A program made the translations under genes and the position numbers. Positions 47,871 to 56,589 of a DNA stretch of 56,589 bases are shown here, piece after piece. Under the pieces are notes generated by a model that saw nothing but the letters and a program-made list of their open reading frames with translations, was not told the origin of the DNA and did no database searches. Position 1 is the stretch's first letter. Every line of letters begins with the position of its first letter. The stretch covers positions 7,206,461 to 7,263,049 of the forward strand of contig NC_069008.1 in the NCBI RefSeq assembly GCF_001194135.2. The letters run 5' to 3'. Source of the DNA: Octopus bimaculoides. Taxonomy: Eukaryota.

Positions 47871-48658
47871 NNNNNNNNNNNNNNNNNNNNNNNNNNNNNN
47901 NNNNNNNNNNNNNNNNNNNNNNNNNNNNNNNNNNNNNNNNNNNNNNNNNNNNNNNNNNNNNNNNNNNNNNNNNNNNNNNNNNNNNNNNNNNNNNNNNNNN
48001 NNNNNNNNNNNNNNNNNNNNNNNNNNNNNNNNNNNNNNNNNNNNNNNNNNNNNNNNNNNNNNNNNNNNNNNNNNNNNNNNNNNNNNNNNNNNNNNNNNNN
48101 NNNNNNNNNNNNNNNNNNNNNNNNNNNNNNNNNNNNNNNNNNNNNNNNNNNNNNNNNNNNNNNNNNNNNNNNNNNNNNNNNNNNNNNNNNNNNNNNNNNN
48201 NNNNNNNNNNNNNNNNNNNNNNNNNNNNNNNNNNNNNNNNNNNNNNNNNNNNNNNNNNNNNNNNNNNNNNNNNNNNNNNNNNNNNNNNNNNNNNNNNNNN
48301 NNNNNNNNNNNNNNNNNNNNNNNNNNNNNNNNNNNNNNNNNNNNNNNNNNNNNNNNNNNNNNNNNNNNNNNNNNNNNNNNNNNNNNNNNNNNNNNNNNNN
48401 NNNNNNNNNNNNNNNNNNNNNNNNNNNNNNNNNNNNNNNNNNNNNNNNNNNNNNNNNNNNNNNNNNNNNNNNNNNNNNNNNNNNNNNNNNNNNNNNNNNN
48501 NNNNNNNNNNNNNNNNNNNNNNNNNNNNNNNNNNNNNNNNNNNNNNNNNNNNNNNNNNNNNNNNNNNNNNNNNNNNNNNNNNNNNNNNNNNNNNNNNNNN
48601 NNNNNNNNNNNNNNNNNNNNNNNNNNNNNNNNNNNNNNNNNNNNNNNNNNNNNNNNNA

Positions 48659-48737
48659 TATGTTTTTGGTAATTTCTCGTGGGGAGGCTTTGGTCTTGTG
48701 CAACAATTAAAAATCCTTCAGTCTCTGCTTTGAGTCC

Positions 48738-48740
<3 letters not shown>
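48659..48740 (-). mobile_element. R4/Dong-like fragment starting directly at (AAT)n and running into a gap
   Basis: GLKAETEGFLIVAQDQSLPTRNYQKH. Confidence 0.8.
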
Positions 48741-48806
<66 letters not shown>

Positions 48807-48982
48807 CATTATTATTATTATTATTCAGATATCAGAAGCTCAGAAAATATAGCACGAAATGGATAAGCGAAATCGATGAAACAATCGGAAAAAAATTAAA
48901 GAAATGATGCAAGACAAAGCCGCACATATTGAGTAGAAAAGGTCAGACTTCTGCAAGGATAACAATATTGCTTTCTGATCCT

Positions 48983-49013
48983 CATCTGACGAAATGACGA
49001 AACGATCGTGGAT
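48983..49013 (+). ncRNA. Degenerate minimal hammerhead-like motif
   Basis: CTGACGA-AATGAC-GAAAC-GATC-GT-G: intact core and palindromic ACGATCGT, but a G at the cleavage position and poor helix I. Confidence 0.4.
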
Positions 49014-49156
49014 TACATGTATAATATGTTGTAATATTAGATAATCATTATTTATATTCGTGACCTGTTTGAACTATATTTTGTTGAAATGATTATACTG
49101 AAGGAATAAATATAATACCAATACCTCAATTCTAGGACTTACTAAACACACGCACG

Positions 49157-49239
<83 letters not shown>

Positions 49240-49318
49240 ACACACACATTATTTTTCATTTATTTCTCATTTCATAAAATTTTTACCATACGACACATGG
49301 ATATCTCAGGTCACGTGT

Positions 49319-49361
49319 CATGCTGAGGATTTCAAAAAAAAATGAAACATTTCTGTACATG
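49319..49361 (+). ncRNA. Candidate hammerhead motif
   Basis: CATG-CTGAGGA-TTTCAAAAAAAAAT-GAAAC-ATTTCT-GT-A-CATG; weak helix II. Confidence 0.45.
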
Positions 49362-49489
49362 CTTAGCACAAACTAAAAATTTTAAGAACTTCGAAATAAT
49401 TAAGCAAAAACAATTAAATACGCATATTCTATGTATCTTCTTTTTTTTAGCGTAAATTTCACTTTCAAGCATCTAATCTCGCCAGATAT

Positions 49490-49625
49490 TATAGGTTGTT
49501 TAAGGATGAACAAATACCCATGTTTCTTGTGGTGAATTATTCAAACCCCAAAGAATTCTTTTGAATCTAATGCTCCCTCACTACTGCTCCATGATCAGAG
49601 ATGCATATATCATGATTATCACCCT
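49490..49625 (-). mobile_element. Diverged family E fragment
   Basis: ACCCATGTTTC..TGAATTATTCAAACCC.AAAGAATTC..GATCAGAGATGCA, as at 46245-46350. Confidence 0.7.
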
Positions 49626-51198
49626 TACATTGCCCGGTAGGGGATATCACATGTTTAAAGGTCACTCGCTGTGAATTCGAAATGATTCAGCTAAAGTGCA
49701 GACGTGAAGTGGTGGCGTTAAGTCTATGATGAGATGTATCTTCCACTTCTTAACGAAAGATTTCTTCTACGAAGTAACAGCGAGAAGCCAATATGTACAC
49801 CTTGAATAAGATATCGAAAATGGCTCGTGAATTTCGCTTGTGAATTTCGTCGTGAAGTTTAGCTTTTGTAAGAACACCTTCACAAGATGAAACTCATTGG
49901 AGACAGTAACCCATTATGCGGACACTTAGAACTTTCTGTTTCATTTATTTTGATTACTAAAAAGAAAAACGCACATTCCATTGATTTCCTCCAAACTATA
50001 ACTATTTTTCTTCTGTAAGAAATGTTCGCTTCATAAAATGTTTAATTTATATCCCCCTGGTTACAGCTGACTACACGTTTTAAGAATTTAGTAATAAGTA
50101 GAAAAATAAATAAACAAATGTGTATATTCTATATATCTTTCTATTTCCTTAATTTCAAAGTCATNNNNNNNNNNTCTCTCTTCCTCCCTGTCTCTCATTG
50201 CTCACCTATATTCTACTTCCTCCCTTTTTTCTCCCTCTACCACTCTTTCTCCTTGCCCTTCGCTGGTCACATGTGTCCGGCTACTACTTCCTTTCTTATC
50301 TTGGCCTCGCCAAGCTCGCACGAACTATTCTTCGTCCCGCTTCCTTCCAGTTCGTTGCTTCACAGCGTTCAGTATACACATATTTTGTCACGTCTGGTCG
50401 TATAGCCTTTCTTGTTTATTTTTACTGTTTCGTTTTCATGTCTTGTTTTCTGTCCGCCACTACATTCCTCCACGGTACAAATTTAATTTGTGGTCCGTGG
50501 GAAGAGTCATTCTAACAATGCGTCCTGCCCTAACTCTTCGAAACGCTTAGTTTTAAAATGGTGGCAGCTGATGAAGGAAATATTCTCTATGTGGCCTGTT
50601 TGTTTTCTGTGCTCTGTTTATGTTCTGTTTATCATTTTGTCCACGTTTTTTTTTGCAACGTCCTGTACCCAGATATGCATCTATATATACATGTAGATGT
50701 AGGTATGTACATATATGTACGTATATATGCATACACTCATATATTATTTGTATTATATATATATATATATNNNNNNNNNNNNNNNNNNNNNNNNNNNNNN
50801 NNNNNNNNNNNNNNNNNNNNNNNNNNNNNNNNNNNNNNNNNNNNNNNNNNNNNNNNNNNNNNNNNNNNNNNNNNNNNNNNNNNNNNNNNNNNNNNNNNNN
50901 NNNNNNNNNNNNNNNNNNNNNNNNNNNNNNNNNNNNNNNNNNNNNNNNNNNNNNNNNNNNNNNNNNNNNNNNNNNNNNNNNNNNNNNNNNNNNNNNNNNN
51001 NNNNNNNNNNNNNNNNNNNNNNNNNNNNNNNNNNNNNNNNNNNNNNNNNNNNNNNNNNNNNNNNNNNNNNNNNNNNNNNNNNNNNNNNNNNNNNNNNNNN
51101 NNNNNNNNNNNNNNNNNNNNNNNNNNNNNNNNNNNNNNNNTATATATATATTATGATATACATATATACATATATAGAATGCATATGTGTGTGTGTGT

Positions 51199-52090
51199 GT
51201 GTGGTCTGATCAATAAGTATCCAGAATGTTGCCATAGTAACGAAGCTAAATTACGCAGCGTGAAGCCGCTTGGTAAAAATTGACCTTGAATTTTGCTGTG
51301 CAAGCGCCCTAAGTTTTAACGTTCTGGCTCACTTCCGATGCTTACAGCAGTGCTTGAAAGGAACGTGTGTAGTGTGTGATCATCGCATCGACCATGACAG
51401 AGAAGGTTGAGCAGAGAATCTGCACCAAATTTGGCCAAAGGCTTAGTGATACCTTCTCAGAGGGCTAGGCAAAGTTTGCAAAAAGTTTTCATCGTTCTCG
51501 ACACAATCAAGGAGATCATGTGCAACTGAAACCCAAGTGTCCTTTTGGTCAGTTGAAATCAGTTTGGGCACAGACTTGGCAGACACGCGTTTCATGTCCA
51601 AACCTTCAGTGATAATGGACTGAACTGAACCGTAACTAATCTGCACATCCTCTGATAACTCACGGTTGATGATTCGACGATTTCCCCTCACAGCTGCATG
51701 CACATTTGCGATGTTTTCCTCAGTTCTGCTGGTTGCGGGTATCCCAGAACGTTCGTCAATATAGATATTTGTTCGGCCATCTTGGAAACGTGTGACCCAC
51801 TCGAACACTTGTGTGCAATTCATACACTCCTCTCCATACACTTTCTGCAACTTTGCGTAGGCCTCTGAGCAGGTATTGCCATGATAACTTTCTCTGTCAT
51901 GGTCAATACGACGATCACACGCTACACACCTTCCTTCCAAGTACTGCTATAAACAGTAGAAGTTAGGACGTTAAAACTTAGTGTGCCTGCACAGCAAAGT
52001 TCAAGGTCAAACTGTGCTAAGCAGCTTTACTCTGTGTGTTTTAGCTTCGTTACCATGGCAGCAGTCCAGATATTTATTGATCACACCTCA
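51199..52090. mobile_element. Mariner derivative made of two 5' portions in inverted orientation
   Basis: Both ends read GGT.TGATCAATAA.TATC..CCAT.GTAACGAAGCTAAA..GACCATGACAGAGAA.GTT. The minus arm encodes a mariner N-terminus (EAYAKLQKVYGEECM..VFEW..RF..GR..DERSG.P). Confidence 0.88.
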
Positions 52091-52133
52091 TATATGCATA
52101 TGTCTCTATATCTATAATGTATAAGACGGAAGT

Positions 52134-52179
<46 letters not shown>

Positions 52180-52279
52180 NNNNNNNNNNNNNNNNNNNNN
52201 NNNNNNNNNNNNNNNNNNNNNNNNNNNNNNNNNNNNNNNNNNNNNNNNNNNNNNNNNNNNNNNNNNNNNNNNNNNNNNN

Positions 52280-52460
52280 TTCTTGAATTATGTCTCTTGT
52301 ATATGACGACAACTTGGTAGATAATTTTGTTCCAGAAGCTACAGCTCTTCTAATGGCAGCATCTTTCCTTTTGATCGTTCTTATCGTAGCTTCGTTCAGG
52401 CAGAAAGCTCTACCCAAGGACGCTGCACTTTCGCCCATCCGAAGACGATCCAAAAATACA
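52280..52460 (-). pseudogene. pogo/Tigger-like transposase fragment (CENP-B-type N-terminal HTH)
   Basis: LDRLRMGESAASLGRAFCLNEATIRTIKRKDAAIRRAV. Confidence 0.7.
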
Positions 52461-53539
52461 TATGTTTAGAAGTGTGAACGTTAATAATTGAAATACATAA
52501 TAAATACAATAAAAAGAATAACTAAATTCAAATGGATAAAATAATTAAGTAAAGAAAATTTGCAACGGTCATAAAATGTTTTTATGGATCTCCAATGACA
52601 TTAATCGAAAAATATTTTAATTGAAAATAATCACTGGCCATTTTATAAAATATAATCAATACCTATATAATATGTAATATATCAAAACTTTATGGTGGAG
52701 TAGGAAATATATTTTATTTAAAATTACTATACGTATATTATGATGAAAAAAGATGAATAAATAAGGATATCTTTAATTCTGACACTAAATTCAATACAAG
52801 ATTTCTTAATCGATAATTCCGTCACTCAATATTTTACTACCAAATAAAAGAAATAAATTATGTTAATCCAATATTTTAATTCTATAAGTTTATATCCGTA
52901 TACAGGTTCGAGAACAACATAATGTTACTATATCTGCTAAATATTCATAGGTACTAGAATAAATATTCGAAATGGATAATTATTCAAAGAGATATATGAT
53001 TATATATAATGATAATATATAGCTATATAATAACTACTCTCTAAAATACAAATTTACTAAGTTTATCAAATGAAATATCTCCGTAAGTAAAATAAACAAG
53101 AACATAGAGTTATGATAATTATAAACTATATTATCTCATAGATAAAGACAAAATAAACTATAAATAAAAAAATATCATAATTTTACTTAGTTTTTCAGAA
53201 GGAACCAAATTAGAGTAAGACAATAGTTATACTATTCTATAATTTATTAATTAATTAATTATTAATTATTAAGCTCGAAAGACCATCATATGATGAAATA
53301 TATTAAACTAAATACATACCATAAGAAATATACATATATGTATGATTATTTAAAAAGATATCATTATATATAATAATTTTTCTAATTTATTTATTTGTAT
53401 TTATATAAACATTATTCATAGTACAAAATACTAAATGACTTAGTTTATCAGATACTACGCATGCATATATAAACGCTTACCATGAAATTTGTTCAATTCT
53501 CGATCTTCTCAGTATCCAAGTCCAGCCCTAATAAAATGA

Positions 53540-53830
53540 AAGTGCATGCTCTGGTAGTTAGGGTGCTGTCTCGATGATCTCCAGATCATGGTTCTGATTG
53601 CCTGACTAGTGATGCGTTGTGTTCTTGAGCAGAATAACTAATTTCACGTTGCTCCAGTCCACTCAGCTGTAAATCGATAAACTTGCGACGAACTGACTCT
53701 CAGTTCAGGTGGAATGTTGGCCTACCCACCTAGCCAGCGAAGTGGCATCATTCAAAAAGCTACCACAATGCAAAGTGCACTGGGACCAGCGGTGTATAGC
53801 AACATCTGATATCATGGTCGATGGCATGAT
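53540..53830 (+). mobile_element. SINE family C, long form (tail type 3)
   Basis: TGGTAGTTAGGGTG head and TTGTGTTCTTGAGCA..ATTTCACGTTGCTCCAGTCCAC core. Confidence 0.75.
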
Positions 53831-53857
53831 ATATATATGTGTGCGTGGGGTGGTGTA

Positions 53858-53918
<61 letters not shown>

Positions 53919-54193
53919 ATGTGCTGTTCTGTGATGGTAAAATCAATAAAAAAAGTACTCTATCGGGTGAAAGATAATTATTATTTAATAAACACAATGT
54001 TTTTGTGCTTCNNNNNNNNNNNNNNNNNNNNNNNNNNNNNNNNNNNNNNNNNNNNNNNNNNNNNNNNNNNNNNNNNNNNNNNNNNNNNNNNNNNNNNNNN
54101 NNNNNNNNNNNNNNNNNNNNNNNNNNNNNNNNNNNNNNNNNNNNNNNNNNNNNNNNNNNNNNNNNNNNNNNNNNNNNNNNNNNNNNNNNNNNN

Positions 54194-54227
<34 letters not shown>

Positions 54228-54717
54228 ACCTCACACACACATACACTCGTATTCAAAGGGCAGCAAACGCCTTTGACAGCCTAGAATCTAAGGTCTGGTC
54301 GGTCACAGTACCATATCAAAGCTGACACTAAGATCATGATACATGTCTTCTTTGGTCCTTTCTGTTGTATTCTTCAGAAACTTGGACGAACAATATACAT
54401 GCGTTACGTAAAAGCACGCGTCATGTAAAGATGTTGGGAAAATGTCACCAGAAATGCCTCCCCTAAATACTCAGCATAAACCTATCCTCACTCATTCCTG
54501 ACACTGAGGTTTTTGCTGAAGCTAGGATCGCATCAATCCAAGCCATGCTTATTAGAAATCAACTACGATGGACAGGCCATTTCATCCGTATGGATGATGA
54601 GTGCATCCGAAAGGAAATGCTTTATAGTCAGTTTATTCCGGGAAAGAGAGAAAATAGTAAGGCGAAGAAAAGATACAAAGATTCTTTAAAATCAAATTTA
54701 AAACGTCTTAAAGTGTG
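54228..54717 (+). mobile_element. RTE-clade LINE 3' fragment
   Basis: RIQRAANAF..L..KVW, LLYSSETWT, QLRWTGHFIRM and KRYKDSLKSNLK; disrupted. Confidence 0.85.
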
Positions 54718-55017
54718 TTGCAAAAGTTACCCTCCGAAACACAAGCCCAGGCAAGGTTGTTTATGGAAGACCAGCAGTCGCCCATGCATACCAGCTTCCC
54801 CTCTCCACGCCACCGGTGTTATCCAAGGAAAAGGAAAAGGCCGATATAGATTGGCACCAGTGACATGGCAACTCGCTTCTACAGCTGAGTGAACTGGAGC
54901 AACGTAAAATAAAGTGTCTTGCTCAAGAACACAACACATAGCTTGGTCCGGGAAACAAATTCACTACCTCATAATTGCGAGCACCACGCTCTAACCACTG
55001 AGCTATGCGCCTTCATA
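54718..55017 (-). mobile_element. SINE family C, long form (tail type 2)
   Basis: Colinear with 26938-27272. Confidence 0.85.
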
Positions 55018-55308
55018 CTGCACAAGACTAATCTGGAGATTAAACAATAACAATAACAATTCCGGAAAATTACTGTAACATATCGCTTCCAACGTCGAAG
55101 CTGTTGGTGCGTCATCGTCGCCAACTTCTCTTTATCTTCATTATCTTCGTTGGGATTGCCGTTGTTGTGAAGTGCTAATCGTCATCATGGCTGTTGTCAT
55201 TGTTGTTTATCAAAGTCGTCATTGTCTCCTTTGTAATTGTAGTCGTCTTACTGATCACCATCGTAGTTTTATTTGTCTTCGTCATCACAATTTTTGCTAT
55301 CATGGTGG

Positions 55309-55865
55309 TCAGCCATGGCTATGGGGTAAGAAGCTTGCTTCCAAACCACATAGTTCCGGATTCAGTCCCACTGCGTGGCACCTTGGGCGAGTGTCTTCTA
55401 CTATTACGTCGGGTCGACCAAAGCCTTGTGAGTGGATTTGATAGACGGAAACTAAAAGAAACCTGCCGTGTATGTGTGTGTGTGCGTGCGCACGTGTGTG
55501 TGTGCGTGTGTGTGTGTGCATACATGTATGCATGTATANNNNNNNNNNNNNNNNNNNNNNNNNNNNNNNNNNNNNNNNNNNNNNNNNNNNNNNNNNNNNN
55601 NNNNNNNNNNNNNNNNNNNNNNNNNNNNNNNNNNNNNNNNNNNNNNNNNNNNNNNNNNNNNNNNNNNNATATATATTTGTGTGTGTGTGAATGTTTGTGT
55701 GTCTATGTGTTTGTCTTTGACAAGTGATGTTGTAGTGTTTACATCTCTGTAACTTAACGGTTCGGCGAAAGAGACCGATAGAATAAGAAGCAGGCTTTAA
55801 AAAATAATTCCTGGGGTCAATTCGTTTGACTAAAACCCTTCAAGCCGGTGCCCCAGACAGAAATG
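55309..55865 (+). mobile_element. Complete SINE family A: head, internal microsatellite (gapped), 3' part
   Basis: The A head (55309-55468) and the 3' segment (55715-55865) are on the same strand, separated only by (TG)n/(TA)n and N. Confidence 0.8.
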
Positions 55866-56589
55866 TCATTGTGGTTGTCATCATCTCCACCACTGTTGTC
55901 GTGGTCGCCATTATTTTTATACGTGCTTTGTGACAGATCAGCCCTGACTAAGCAAGGCTATGGCGAACAGAATTCCGCTCATAATGCCTCAGTACTTTGT
56001 GTACCTCGGATTATATTATCTAATGTGTCCGTCTTCGCTATGTAAGACGATTGTTTGCTGGTTAAGAAACATCTCTCTGGTTGGTGGCAATTTCTAGAAG
56101 TTTGAACGGCTACTTAAGACTTCTTCACTGGCCTATCTATACATGGAGAATTGTATGGTGGTGTGGAGGTGAGTAATATTGGTGGTGACGTGTGGTGGTG
56201 GCGGCGGAGGTTTGTAATGACGAAGGTTGTCCACAATGGGGATATATCCTCAGAGTTGTCTCCCGAACAATAATAAACAATGAAAATTAATAACCAAACC
56301 AGTAACGTCCTATTAGCATTTTCCTCTCTGACTGTAATTTGATCTCCCACTGAACATGTTAATGTACAAAAGCATTAAATAAGCTTTTACCCACTTAGCA
56401 AAATCAAACAAACTGTTTGCATTGTTTCACTCAGAATAGCTCCGGGCTTTTCGTTGCACACCACTTTGAGATAGCGAACACTGTCGCGAAGGTTTTTGTT
56501 GAGGTTGGTATTAGTGTCAACATTGTCGTTGTTGTTTAGGGTTTGATGGTTTCTCATACTTCGCACTTGGCAAGGTCGTTGCACTTTTG

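Noticed and set aside
56114-56584. Short minus-strand ORFs or possible exons near the window end
   Set aside because: No recognisable domain. The putative 41-nt GT-AG intron does not yield an open spliced frame, and part is (CCA)-type low complexity.

Overview
This is eukaryotic, AT-rich, microsatellite-saturated genomic DNA from a gappy short-read assembly, with about 20 N-runs totalling roughly 6.5 kb. The SINE families and repeat landscape look like an Octopus (cephalopod) genome; that is inference, not checked. There is one credible host gene, a single-exon 325-aa class A GPCR (13040-14017, +) with an unusually eroded set of conserved motifs. Almost everything else is transposon-derived: several tRNA-derived SINE families, an L1/Tx1-clade LINE (40.9-45.2 kb), many R4/Dong-like RLE-retroelement fragments often sitting in (AAT)n tracts, a dead Penelope-like (PLE) reverse transcriptase, an RTE fragment, mariner, pogo, Tc1 and hAT remnants and MITEs, and Helentron-like elements. 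The most interesting signal is not in the ORF track. About a dozen type I hammerhead-ribozyme motifs from several unrelated sequence families are present, most with a self-complementary helix III. Four ORF-less foldback (inverted-repeat) elements carry one hammerhead per arm, always pointing outward. The best one (6742-7388) has intact ribozymes and a 15-bp flanking direct repeat. Other highlights are a Tx1-tailed SINE fragment inserted into a SINE head with a 19-bp duplication, and a mariner made of two 5' ends. Most long ORFs in the supplied track are artefacts of microsatellites or N-gaps. All alignments and family assignments were made by eye.
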